Below the pieces are notes generated by a model, which was not told where the DNA came from, searched no databases, and saw only the letters and a list, made by a program, of their open reading frames with translations. From a virus: a stretch of 64,000 nt of DNA. Position numbers and translations under genes: made by a program. Shown one piece after another: positions 39,833-50,699 of the stretch (within the stretch, counting starts at the first letter, position 1; each line of letters starts with the position of its first letter). Location: positions 1 through 64,000 of the IMG/VR virus record IMGVR_UViG_3300044732_000704; one strand, written 5' to 3'.

Positions 39833-40141
39833 ATGAAAGATAAATTCAGAAACAAAGACGGCTCATTGACAGTATATTCTCTGCGTTGTGGGAATATCCA
39901 ACGTTATGAGAAAAATCAATTTAGTGTTGAACTGTATCACGAAGATTGTGTTTACCATGTACGTTATTTTAACCGCAATGGTGATTTTGGTAAACCGTTT
40001 AACGACTTATCCGGCGGTCGATTCTGGTTAAGCTTTGACGATAACAATTTAACGCAAGCGAAAAAAGTATATAATAAGCTTGCAAAAGCTGTTGAATGCG
40101 GTTATTTTGATTCTAATGTTTTAAATTATGGTGGTGTTTAA
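39833..40141 (+). CDS. Early hypothetical protein
   Basis: First gene of the cassette; AAGG RBS. Confidence 0.65.
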   Translation: MKDKFRNKDGSLTVYSLRCGNIQRYEKNQFSVELYHEDCVYHVRYFNRNGDFGKPFNDLSGGRFWLSFDDNNLTQAKKVYNKLAKAVECGYFDSNVLNYGGV

Positions 40142-40351
40142 GATGATTAAACAAGGTGATTATTACAAAGCCAAACAAGCGCTTGTTATTGGTCGTTGCA
40201 AACCAAAACAAGGTGATATATTCTGGATTACTAGCCCGTCATATTCTAATAATGAATTTGTGACGATTGCCAGAAAGGGTAAAACCGCAGCAAACGGGTA
40301 TAGTGTACCAGTCCAACAATTTTTAGAATTCTTCGATAAGGTAGAAACAAG

Positions 40352-40564
40352 ATGAAAGCATCAAAAGAAATCCGCGATCAATTGCATCCGGTGATCCGGC
40401 AATTATTCCCAGTGTTTGCAGAGTTGGATATTGATGATCAATTCATGGTAAACGGCAATACTTACAAAAAGATCAGTAGTCGGACCGCTAGAATTGTTGC
40501 ACCGGTGGAATACTCGAATCGTTGGTTTTATTTTGGACAGAATGACAAGGTAATGAAAGTATGA
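40352..40564 (+). CDS. Early hypothetical protein
   Basis: Same AAGGTAGAAACAAGATG leader as the gene at 39833. Confidence 0.6.
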   Translation: MKASKEIRDQLHPVIRQLFPVFAELDIDDQFMVNGNTYKKISSRTARIVAPVEYSNRWFYFGQNDKVMKV

Positions 40565-41077
40565 AATTATCAAAGCAATCTGTTGACAACGCAATATTCC
40601 TTGTTGTAAGCTTTACGTGTTCTTTAATTGGTGGGTTTATGGCCTTGGCTGGATTCTGAATTAATAGGTGATAATATGAGCTTAGATAAATTTGTTACAA
40701 TGTATCTTGATTGGGTAAATAATTTTATATCGGTTCAACGTTTTGCAGATCATTATCAGATCAGCGTTGATACTGCTTGGAAAATTATTGAGATTGGTCA
40801 CAGTATCGGAGAATTAAAATGAATCGTTTACAATTAATCGCACAAGCTGCTAAAGTAGTTCAATCTGAGAACAAAAACAGCTTTAAGGGTATTGAAAGAC
40901 AAGTGCTGTCAATCGTTGATCGGGAATATGTCAACAAACAAAAAGACGTTGACAATGTGACAGAACTCGATTTTAATAATTAAAGCTTGTTTCTTTATAT
41001 ACTACTGGCTTATAATTTGAGTCAGTAGCAATAAGCAAACAATCGGCAATATTGCCAACAAAACAAGGTAAAACATC

Positions 41078-41485
41078 ATGCAATTATCAAGCGTAGAATA
41101 TTGGAAAGAAGTTTCAGCACTGGCGCAAATGATTGTCAGCGAAGCAGCAGACTATGCTGGTTGTAATACGGCGGATACTTTTGATCGGGATACTGTTTTA
41201 GAAAAAATACATGACTTTGTATTACCTGAAACAATCGACGGCCATCAGTGGGTTGTTTACTACGCATACAATCTTTCAGTGTTGGAAAATTCCGACAATT
41301 CAGATTACATGGTTGATAACTTAGGTGCTGAAAGTGCTGGTGAAGTGCTGAAAGAATCTGGTTTATCTGGTTTGCATTCTGCCTTAGCTTTTTGGGCTTT
41401 GTATGCTGACGTTCAAGATCGTATTGAGTCAGCGTTAGATCAATACGAAAGCAATTTAGAATCAGAAGAAGGGGATCAGGAATGA
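41078..41485 (+). CDS. Ocr-like acidic DNA-mimic / anti-restriction protein
   Basis: Acidic; IHD...ETIDG...YY...SV resembles T7 Ocr IHMAAD...HYY...FSV; acidic tail. Confidence 0.55.
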   Translation: MQLSSVEYWKEVSALAQMIVSEAADYAGCNTADTFDRDTVLEKIHDFVLPETIDGHQWVVYYAYNLSVLENSDNSDYMVDNLGAESAGEVLKESGLSGLHSALAFWALYADVQDRIESALDQYESNLESEEGDQE

Positions 41486-41733
41486 TCCCAGTAATCCAAG
41501 CAATCGAAGCAACAGCACAAAGCGATTTAGACCTTATTCTGGCTATCAAGGCATTAAGCTTTGAGGAAATTGAACAATTGACAGACCATTTGATTATCTG
41601 TCATAAAACAGGTAATCAGTTTACAGTGAAAGCAACACGGAAAAGTTTTATAAATATTCTTGCTGAGCTGTTGACAGGCAAGTTAAGATCTTGCTACTCT
41701 TTACGCATTGAACGTTTTCAATATAAATTCTAA
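41482..41733 (+). CDS. Early hypothetical protein
   Basis: ATGA overlap. Confidence 0.5.
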   Translation: MIPVIQAIEATAQSDLDLILAIKALSFEEIEQLTDHLIICHKTGNQFTVKATRKSFINILAELLTGKLRSCYSLRIERFQYKF

Positions 41734-41754
41734 TTCAATTACAAGGGCTTTATC

Positions 41755-42114
41755 ATGAACAAACAAGCAATCAAAACAGCATTACAACAGCAAGTGGACA
41801 GCCTGATCAATCGTGGTCGTATTCCTTGCTTTGAATTTGAACGCATGATCGATAACGAAAAAGAATGGTTTGTTGTTGACTTCGAAGTCACAGATAAAGG
41901 CGTAGAATTCAGCTTTGACCAAGCAAACCTTGCTGTTTCTTTTGACGGGAACATCGAACAATTATCAGAAAACTATTTTCTCATCCCGTTTGACAATGCG
42001 GAATATCTGGTAAATAATGTTGAAAGTTTAGATGAATATCTGTATGTTATTTCAGATAACATCCGTGACGGGTATTTGTATTCGAATGGTATTGCAACAG
42101 ATTCTGAGGAATAA
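41755..42114 (+). CDS. Acidic early protein
   Basis: D/E-rich ORF. Confidence 0.65.
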   Translation: MNKQAIKTALQQQVDSLINRGRIPCFEFERMIDNEKEWFVVDFEVTDKGVEFSFDQANLAVSFDGNIEQLSENYFLIPFDNAEYLVNNVESLDEYLYVISDNIRDGYLYSNGIATDSEE

Positions 42115-42119
42115 ACAAG

Positions 42120-42260
42120 ATGTCAAAAAGTTTTAAATTCAATCCAGACAACACAAAGCAGGATAACAAGCAAACCAAGCTCAAAGCAAAAGAGCAAGGC
42201 AAGCAAACTAAGCAATTTTGGCGCAATGTAGCAAGCCAACAACACAAGGATACAATCTAA
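42120..42260 (+). CDS. 46-aa basic peptide MSKSFKFNPD...
   Basis: GAGG RBS; not in the ORF track. Confidence 0.55.
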   Translation: MSKSFKFNPDNTKQDNKQTKLKAKEQGKQTKQFWRNVASQQHKDTI

Positions 42261-42376
42261 TGGTTATTTACTTCCGTACAAGAACTCAAGCTCGGGTTCA
42301 TGCTGTAAAGACGGGCAACAAAGCCACGACAACCAAGGCGGAAAAGGGCTGGGCTGTTAGCTTGAAAAAGAAATAA
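42260..42376 (+). CDS. 38-aa basic peptide MVIYFRTRTQAR...
   Basis: AAGGA RBS; TAATG coupling. Confidence 0.55.
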   Translation: MVIYFRTRTQARVHAVKTGNKATTTKAEKGWAVSLKKK

Positions 42377-42478
42377 ATAATTTTATAAAAAGGGCTTTAC
42401 AGCCCTTTTGTTTTGTTCTAAGATTGTTTTATCAAGTGCTGAAATTGGTTCAGCGCTAGAATCTGAAAGGGTAGAACC

Positions 42479-42739
42479 ATGTTAGTATTAATTTTCGTTT
42501 TTATTGCTGTAGCTTTACCGATTATTGTTATCTGGACAAGCCATGCAATTATCGCTTGGCAAGATGAGAAGCAATCAACAAGCTTTTCAGCAATTTATGC
42601 TGAAATGCAACGGGAAATTAAATTGAAAGAGATTCACCGCCAAGCTTCAGCTGTAGCAATGACAAAGAAATTAGACTGGCAACAAGATAGAGCATACAAA
42701 GACGAATACCGCCGTTTATTCTTGGAAAATTGCTTATAA
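42479..42739 (+). CDS. Membrane-anchored early protein
   Basis: N-terminal TM helix. Confidence 0.55.
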   Translation: MLVLIFVFIAVALPIIVIWTSHAIIAWQDEKQSTSFSAIYAEMQREIKLKEIHRQASAVAMTKKLDWQQDRAYKDEYRRLFLENCL

Positions 42740-43086
42740 AATATCGGTTGACAGCATAACGCCAGCATTCTAAAATGCTGGCTATTCCTAACAAAGTAAG
42801 GGTTTTAAAATGAAAATTGACAATGCATTAATCGTTTTATCTGTTGCACTGGGTACGTTTGGTATCTATAGCGTAGAATCTGCAATTACTTGGTTTTGTG
42901 GTGCTGTAATGGCTGGCGTTTTAATTGCTTTAAATGATTAAGGGATAGAACCAATGACAACAAACGATTATATCATCTTAGGGATGATCATCTATGCGGT
43001 AGTGCTGGCATTCTTGATTGGCGCTATTGCTAACAATGTAAGAAATAATAAGGACTAAAGTATAAACATCAAATATAACACACTCA

Positions 43087-43107
43087 AAAGCCCGCATAGC
43101 GGGCTTT
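43087..43107 (+). terminator. Terminator ending the early cassette
   Basis: AAAGCCCGC-ATA-GCGGGCTTT. Confidence 0.8.
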
Positions 43108-43355
43108 GTTGTTTATGTAGGGTTATCCTACAGTGTGCACACTGAAAGCGAATAAACTCTGCTTATGAGCGTTATTTACTACTAATTACATTCCAATAAT
43201 ATCCCTCAAATTATCATCAGGCGAAGTGGTAGCAATCGCAAGATTGTCTAACACGAAGCAAAGCTTGTTCCTAATCAATAAAATCAATTAGTCAAATCCA
43301 CTAACTATTAGTCTATCTCACCACTACAATTATGCCTGTCAATATAAACATAAAT

Positions 43356-43494
43356 GATAGTGATAATTATTCTCATTCAGCTAATCAATAATACTAATAT
43401 TAAAGTAAATAATAATTATTCTCATTCTCATTCATTCTGTAATTTTCCTACAATGCAATTGATAATAGAAATACAAATGAGAAGCATTATCAGT
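43356..43494. promoter_or_regulatory. Cluster of three Fur-box-like sites
   Basis: 43356-43374 GATAGTGATAATTATTCTC (16/19 to the Fur consensus); 43408-43426; 43476-43494. Confidence 0.65.
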
Positions 43495-43898
43495 GATATT
43501 TCAAAGGATTCGGAGGTTTTAGTTGGGAGGTAGTGGTCGTGTTAAACCATCACATAGCTCTAAACTGATTTTAGAATACCCTTATAGGGTGTATATTTTG
43601 GGTATGATATTTTCGATGTTAAATTAACAGGAAGGGACACTGATATTTGCACTATAATTTTTACAAATAAATTCTAATTAAATGAAGTATTTATAGTATT
43701 TTTACAAGGATATTTCATACACAAGGTAGAAACAGGAAGTATACAGGAAGATGTTACAAGGATAGGGGATATTTGAGGTAGAACACTGAGGTTGATATTT
43801 GATAAGAGAATGGCTCACTTCTGGGTCAAAATGAGCCATGTATTTAGTCTAATATTTCTAGGGGAAATCCTAAAAAGTGTGACATTGTGTGACATTGC

Positions 43899-44681
43899 TC
43901 ACACAGCATTAATCCATCTACTAACTGTTTCTCTCCTTACACCTAACTTCTTAGCTATTTGAGTGTTGTTATATCCATCAGCTTTTAGTTTTAGGGCGGC
44001 TACCTTGTTGGCATCCGTTATACTAAGTTCTGCACCTAGGTTATCTAATCTAAATTCAGTGATAGTTTGTCTCATCTCTAATTCACTCACCCTGCTTCTA
44101 AGAGAATCTAGTTCTCCTAATATTTTCATTGTAGTGTATGTGTTATCAAACATACTGTTGATTGTAGTCTTACTTGTAATCATGGAATATAAACCCTCAT
44201 CTGCAATCTTAGTTATTTCCGCTGGTAATAGCTTCTCGGTACTTTCTATAATTTCGTGACGATTGTAGTGTTCCTTGGTGGACATTTCTTTCAGGGAATT
44301 TAATCCTTTGTTGTGTTTCTCTGCCACTACATTATAAGCATCCTCTACAGTTCCTTTATCCCTTATTATATGCACCATACCATCTACACCCATCTCGGTA
44401 GTAAATCTTTCTATAGGGACATAGTCAGGGTCTAGTTTATTAGCTTCCTTGATATTTTGTGCAGCCTCAATCCTGAAATCTTTACTGAACTTAGCTACCT
44501 CATAATAGTTAGAGAATGAAGTAGCAGCTTCTTGCTTGATAAAGCGTAGCTTATCTTCTGGGGCTAATAGGTTTAACTTCTCGGATAATTCTATCTCTAA
44601 GTCTATAACACTATCGAGATATTCCTGTGTTGTTTGTGTAATACAAAAAGCCCCTGACGGGGCTAATTCTTTTTCTTCCAT
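43899..44681 (-). CDS. Coiled-coil protein with C-terminal HTH
   Basis: GYNNTQIAKKLGVRRETVSRW. Confidence 0.75.
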   Translation of the reverse strand: MEEKELAPSGAFCITQTTQEYLDSVIDLEIELSEKLNLLAPEDKLRFIKQEAATSFSNYYEVAKFSKDFRIEAAQNIKEANKLDPDYVPIERFTTEMGVDGMVHIIRDKGTVEDAYNVVAEKHNKGLNSLKEMSTKEHYNRHEIIESTEKLLPAEITKIADEGLYSMITSKTTINSMFDNTYTTMKILGELDSLRSRVSELEMRQTITEFRLDNLGAELSITDANKVAALKLKADGYNNTQIAKKLGVRRETVSRWINAV

Positions 44682-44693
44682 TCGTATTTCTTC

Positions 44694-45923
44694 CTATGAG
44701 ATATTCAAGTAAAATTCTTTTACGTGTTCACTGGTTTTGATATTCTTCTCTCCTACGTGAGTAACGAAGCTGATATTGTTTAAATCCTTCAGTCTTGATA
44801 GGGCTACATACAACTGACCATTGCTGAAACATCCTTTACCGACATCAATAGCTGCTTTCTCTAAAGTCATCCCTTGTGATTTATGAATACTGATAGCCCA
44901 ACCTAATTTCAGAGGTAATTGGATATACACACTGTCGATAACGTGTTTGTATTTACCGTCCACTTTCTGTAGCTTGTATTTCTCCCATGTGAAAGGGATA
45001 ACATTTACTAAATCTCCGTTATCTTTTCTCACTTCAACAGCATTGGGGAACAGACGTTCCACTGTACCGCGTTCTCCGTTCGTGTAACCACTCTCATTAT
45101 CGTTGGCTGAGATAATCACCTTTGTCCCTACCTTCAATTTCAGCAGTTCTGATACACCACAGCCGTTCTCTTTACCTACTGCCTTATATACCTTTTCTGG
45201 AGACATTATCTGACTATACCAGTGATGGTTGATTGCTTCTGCATCTTGGTTATAAGCGCACAGGTGCAACGTAGAGGCTTCGTTTACATAAGGCAGTGCG
45301 TTAGCTTGGATTGTAGCTAAAGCTTCTCCTGCTGTGTCTGAGCCTTTCCTAATTGCGTTTAGTAATTCCACCTGTGTCTTGTCTGATTGACGCACTACAT
45401 CTGTGAGTTCAACGGTCTTGAAGTTCCATGCACGGCTATGGAAACAGAACGGAGACTGGTATTCATTATCTAACAACAGTTTGTCTTGCTTACTTACAAT
45501 TGGTTCTAATTGGAAGAAGTCCCCTACCAACACCAATTGTAAACCACCGAAGGGTTTCTTGTTTCGTCTTACCAGCTTCAAACGATGGTCAATAATGTCC
45601 AACTGCTCCGCTCGTAACATACCAGCTTCATCAATAATGATGCGTTTGATATTTGAGCCAAGACCGAATATCTCCTTGAATGCTTTACCCACCTTTCCCC
45701 AGTCAGATAACAGAGGGTAATGTAAAGGTAAAGCGAATGTCGAGTGGCATGTAACACCACCAATGTTAATTGCTGCAATACCTGTTGGGGCACACAGTAT
45801 AGTGTCGTCATCCAGCACTTGTCGGATTACGTGGGACTTACCCACGCCACCGCTTCCTGTCAGGAACAAATTAACTCCATCTCGGATTAGTTTTAGTGCA
45901 TACTCTTGTTTTTCAATGATCAA
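44694..45923 (-). CDS. Pif1/RecD-like SF1B helicase
   Basis: GSGGVGKS, APTGIAA, DEAGM, GDFFQL, SIHKSQG and YVALSR motifs. Confidence 0.93.
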   Translation of the reverse strand: MIIEKQEYALKLIRDGVNLFLTGSGGVGKSHVIRQVLDDDTILCAPTGIAAINIGGVTCHSTFALPLHYPLLSDWGKVGKAFKEIFGLGSNIKRIIIDEAGMLRAEQLDIIDHRLKLVRRNKKPFGGLQLVLVGDFFQLEPIVSKQDKLLLDNEYQSPFCFHSRAWNFKTVELTDVVRQSDKTQVELLNAIRKGSDTAGEALATIQANALPYVNEASTLHLCAYNQDAEAINHHWYSQIMSPEKVYKAVGKENGCGVSELLKLKVGTKVIISANDNESGYTNGERGTVERLFPNAVEVRKDNGDLVNVIPFTWEKYKLQKVDGKYKHVIDSVYIQLPLKLGWAISIHKSQGMTLEKAAIDVGKGCFSNGQLYVALSRLKDLNNISFVTHVGEKNIKTSEHVKEFYLNIS

Positions 45924-46058
45924 TAGCTTTCCCCTTATTATAATCCTTCGGAATCCCCAGATATTCCCCAATCTCATCTGCTGTTCGCTTTACGTGTATC
46001 TTATTGAAGGCTTTCATAGCTGCTTCAAATGTGCCTGTTTGTTCTTGTGTTGGTTTCA

Positions 46059-49028
46059 TTAATTCCCCCTGAACAAAACATACTCTGTTGATTCTTTATC
46101 TTGCCGATAGTTCTGTACCCAACCATCTGGTCTAGGGAGACATAACCTCGTTACACTAATATCTTTAGGTGTAACAAGATATTGTTCGCTATACATCTCC
46201 GCAGCCACTAACATATGTGGCGGATATGTCTTTAATAACTCAATCAATTCATTTACTGTCATTCCCATTTCACTCCTGCATCATCTAATGCTTCTTTTAA
46301 AGCATCCATCATCTGTCTTGTGCAATCATACTCATCCCAAGATGGAAGCTTCACCACTAAACCTTCGGTGTACTTCTCATGCGATGCCATCCAACCATCC
46401 CAAGCACCTTCTTCATCTAGGTAGACCAGCTTGTCGTGTGATAGAGACACCAACCATTTCTCAAAGTCTTCTTTGGTTTGTTCTTGTGTCATTCCTTCTC
46501 CACCTCCCTACAAATAAACTCATCAGCTAATGTTGTACAGACAATTTTATCTTCTGTGTACATCTTGATAATCCCTGTGTCTCGAATGTGTACTGTGCTG
46601 AGAACTAATAATCCCATCACCATCATACCTAATAAGAATGTGATTACATTACTCTCAAATTTACTCATAAATTCCCTCCATCAATAACCCTCTTAACATA
46701 AGCCAACATCTTTTCTTGTGTCTCTACACCACTCCAAAAGATTTCATCTGTATTGAAATAACGTTCATACACAACTGTTCTGTCTGGTGCCCACACCATC
46801 ACTTGCTGGCTATATGTATCTGGACAACGTAATGTCTGTTCAATTGGATAGAAGCATATTTGATAATCTTTATACCAATGAGATTCTTGGTGTTTGTTGT
46901 TAGCCATTAAGTAATACCTTTAATCTGTTCATAACCCTGACGACTGATCTTGTATGAATCTCCATTCATCATTGTAATTACAAGGCTAAACTCATCTCTT
47001 AATCCATATTGGCGATACGGTCTAATAGAGCATACAAGGTTCCTGTTAACTTCGATGACTCCGTGGTCTTTTGTTACAATCTCTACAAACATTTAATCCT
47101 TCCCTCCAAGTTCTAAGATACGTTTATTGTAATAATAACTATCTTCCACTAACCACGTATTCCCATTATAATCTGTGTAATCGTAATCATCAAATCGCTC
47201 TCCTTTGAACTTCTCATATACTACTTCACCATAAGGACAATACGATGGTGCCGATTGTTGAATTCCTACATGAATCTCTGTGTCTTCTGGAAATTGTTCT
47301 AACCATTGTTGAAAGTCTTTTCTATTCATTTATTCACCCTCCGACTTTCAGACCAACAATCCCACAATCTTTGTGTAAGGCTGTTCAAGTAGAACCCTTC
47401 TTCATCTGTGGATAAATCATAGTTCCACTTCTTAGCAAATTCCTCAAATTGCTTATTACTCTCAAAATGTTGCTGTGCTGAAGATAAGTCAATATTTACA
47501 GTATGTATTTCAGATAGATCGCTCATTTACTCTCCTCAAATTATTACTATTTCTTTTTCCGAAGTGTTTTAGAGAATAATCCCCTCATACTGAGTTCATC
47601 CAAAACAGCCCATATTACGAAAAGAATATTAAATATAGGTATTACAGCAAGTATTACAGTACCTACCACCTCACCAACCGTCACGGCACCTCTCCGGTAG
47701 AAATCAATACCACATATTACGAGTGTAAGTAAAGCAGGTAGAACATATAAAATAAATAATTCCATATCATTACTCCACATCAATAATCTTTAAGATTTTA
47801 TCATAACCTTCTTGGTCTGTAATTAGCCAGCAGTTTCCATCCAAGATAACTTTATAATTACCGTCACCATATTCTGTAATGCTTGAAATTGTAGATACTC
47901 TAAGCAGTGCTAATGGAGACATTTCTTCCCCAAACTTCTCAATAGATTTAACTTTTACAAACATAATCAATTCTCCTCTTGTTCAAATACTGGAATTAAG
48001 AATACCCCACCTTCACCTAATCTGTCAATGTCTTTCTGTGCAGCTTATTGTGTTTCGTAGCAGGGTGTATAACACTTGTCAGGAGAAGCATAGCACACCC
48101 ACTCATCGACTTCCTCATCAAGAAAGATGTCATAATAATCATCTGGACTATGTTTCTGTTTGACATGCCACATATCTACTCCCTAGTTTATCTTATGACC
48201 ATTCTTACGCCAATAGTCAAGAACATTAGATTGTTGTTGTGTCAACAATAACTCACTACCGGATTTACTCAGCTGGTAAATGTTTCTTAACGTGTACCAT
48301 TTCTCTGTATAACCAATATAGAACACTTCACTTGGTGGACGATCATCGTTGTATGGATAAAACCAAGGGTAGCAAGGCTGAAGCCATTCAGAGATTTCAT
48401 CTTTCAGAACACCTGTGACATCCACATATTCCTCTTTACGTATCCACAATAGCCACCAAACCCTCACCTGCTTGTATGTCTGGATAGTTTTCCAAATAGA
48501 CGCACAGGTGGTTAGTTCTTTTGTCTTTTCTAAGAACTCTTTAATGCGTTGCTTTTCCAGATCAGACATCACAACTTTTACAGCTCCAGCAAAACAATCA
48601 CTCATTAGTTAGTCTCCTTCTCAATATCATTAGACCAAGCAATAAGCTCGTCAGTGTTGTAAGCGTATTCGTTTGGTGCTTTCTCATCTGTTTTGATGAT
48701 GTACAACAACGTACCAAATCCCGAATTCATCACTTTCAGAACATAACCGTTAGAAAGGAAAGGTTTATCTTTCCATTTCACTCTATCCCTTACTTTGAAT
48801 CTAGTCATAATAATCTCCGTCGAATTCTATATGATAACCTTCATGCTCAAGGAATTGCATTAACACATCTTTTAGTGATGTATTTTCGCAACCAAAACAG
48901 TAAGCATGTGCCTCATTACCGATCACAACGTCCTTGTAAAATAACTGGTAGGATTCTTCCCAAGTACCACCACAAGTTTCACAATCATGTTCGTCTGTTG
49001 TATATTTGATAACTATTTTCTTGGTCAT
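46059..49028 (-). other. Run of about 12 small hypothetical genes
   Basis: Closely packed minus-strand ORFs with GGAG/GAGG RBS (e.g. 46059-46268, 46259-46492, 46665-46907, 46907-47092, 47093-47329, 47326-47526, 48183-48605, 48605-48808, 48801-49028). Confidence 0.6.
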
Positions 49029-49930
49029 TTCACTTCTCCTAATTTCTTCATCAGAGCATTAATAGCATTCTTTGTGTATTGTTTGTTATCCTGTGCTTTA
49101 CGCATAACATCCAACCCTTCCACTTTCTTCAGGATAGCTTGTAAATCAGCAAAGATTTCAGCAGCAACAAACTTACCAATCACTGTCATGTTAAACTTAG
49201 CAGCAAGATACTCATGTAGCTCGCTACGAATATCGTCTTCGTATTTCTGTGCATCTTGTAACGATGGAAAATACTTGAAACTGTTTTCTGATTGTTTTTC
49301 CCATTTGCTTCCACTACCAATAACATATTGGTCTTTAATCTTAGCGTATTTATAACCGCTATGAGTACCGTTGACGAATGGTAACTCAGCTTCAGCAGCG
49401 AACTTCTTCAACGTATCACCAATTACTTCTGATACACTCAGTTTAAAGAAACTATTATCACTTGTAGAGAAACGACCTTTGCCGTATGACACAGCAGTTT
49501 CTACAAATGGATTACCTGTGTCTTTCAATTCGCCGACGATTGTATATTCTACTGGAGTAAGAATAGCTTCTTCTTCCAGATATACTTTCTCACCCTCGCC
49601 AAGTTCTAATAGACGTTCCCGATGTGCAAATTCTTCTTTCAGAGAAGGATACACTATCTTTTCTTCATCAACATCATAATACTGATTGTGAATTGCATTC
49701 ACTTCTTGTGCAGAAAGCTCTGTACCATCTTTCAGGATTGTTTTAACCCATGTGCGTTTAGGTGCTGTGTATGTGTATAAGGTTTCATCTTTATTGATTG
49801 TGATTTGTGTACCATTTAATTGACGATTACCAACCATGTAACCACCCCAACGATGAGGTAGTTGAATGATTATTGTATCACCAGCTTGTACCGCTTCAAA
49901 ATCTTTTAAGTTATCAATTTTAAATGTCAT
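49025..49930 (-). CDS. Hypothetical protein
   Basis: 301-aa ORF with GGAG RBS. Confidence 0.7.
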   Translation of the reverse strand: MTFKIDNLKDFEAVQAGDTIIIQLPHRWGGYMVGNRQLNGTQITINKDETLYTYTAPKRTWVKTILKDGTELSAQEVNAIHNQYYDVDEEKIVYPSLKEEFAHRERLLELGEGEKVYLEEEAILTPVEYTIVGELKDTGNPFVETAVSYGKGRFSTSDNSFFKLSVSEVIGDTLKKFAAEAELPFVNGTHSGYKYAKIKDQYVIGSGSKWEKQSENSFKYFPSLQDAQKYEDDIRSELHEYLAAKFNMTVIGKFVAAEIFADLQAILKKVEGLDVMRKAQDNKQYTKNAINALMKKLGEVK

Positions 49931-50451
49931 TGTTTCTCTCCATTAATTACACGTTTCACTGAATTGTATTCGTTGACACAGGTTGTGTTGCTAAGTCTGA
50001 GCGAGTCAGCTTCTCTCGATAAATCTTGAGCTGCTCGGAGACTCCATCGGAGCAACTCTTGCTGCACAATAAGATTGGTTTCTTTGGTTGCGCTCTGTCT
50101 GTCAACTCCGGCACTACCATCTTCTCCACCTTCGGGCATTGGATCGAGCTGTTTGACGAGCAGCTCGTATTCATTAGACAGCTCAGTAAAAGCAACGTCA
50201 AGCTTAGCTTGTTCTTGTTTGTGATATTGTTCATTTTTTGTTTTCTCCTCAACCAGTTGTTGTTGTTTATCAAGTTCTCTTTTCTGTTCTTCAATTGTTG
50301 ATTTTAAGGCATCTACACGAGCTTCTGACCACTTCAATTCCCAAGCAGTGTTCACATGCAAGGATGTTCGCTGATATGTCGCTACGTTCGTTAGAACGAG
50401 CAATAGCACAATAGCGATAGCCTTCCAATATTTTTGCAATAGTAATAACAT
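49927..50451 (-). CDS. Inner-membrane spanin (Rz-like)
   Basis: N-terminal TM helix, coiled coil and C-terminal CxxxY. Confidence 0.7.
   Translation of the reverse strand: MLLLLQKYWKAIAIVLLLVLTNVATYQRTSLHVNTAWELKWSEARVDALKSTIEEQKRELDKQQQLVEEKTKNEQYHKQEQAKLDVAFTELSNEYELLVKQLDPMPEGGEDGSAGVDRQSATKETNLIVQQELLRWSLRAAQDLSREADSLRLSNTTCVNEYNSVKRVINGEKQ
49956..50234 (-). CDS. Embedded outer-membrane spanin lipoprotein (Rz1-like)
   Basis: Alternative frame inside Rz; GAGGAG RBS; MNNITNKNKLSLTLLLLSC...SCSS lipoprotein signal; Pro/Cys-containing. Confidence 0.65.
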   Translation of the reverse strand: MNNITNKNKLSLTLLLLSCLMNTSCSSNSSIQCPKVEKMVVPELTDRAQPKKPILLCSKSCSDGVSEQLKIYREKLTRSDLATQPVSTNTIQ

Positions 50452-50699
50452 TTCTTTCTCCCAAATAATTAAGCCGTAAAGACATATTAATCTTTACGGC
50501 TATTGTTGTCAAGCGTTATCTTTCTTAAATTCTTCCCATTGAGCTTTTGTGCTGTAAAACTTAATCACTTGATACAAAGCTTTCTTCACTTTATCATCCT
50601 CTACAGGACAACGATACATCTCAATTAAATCATTACGAACAATTGATTCCACTTGGTCTGGGTCTAACTTTAAAAATACGTTCATTTGTTTCTCCTTTG

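Noticed and set aside
39200-43900. tRNA genes in the long spacers
   Set aside because: No cloverleaf with T-loop and acceptor stem was seen by eye.
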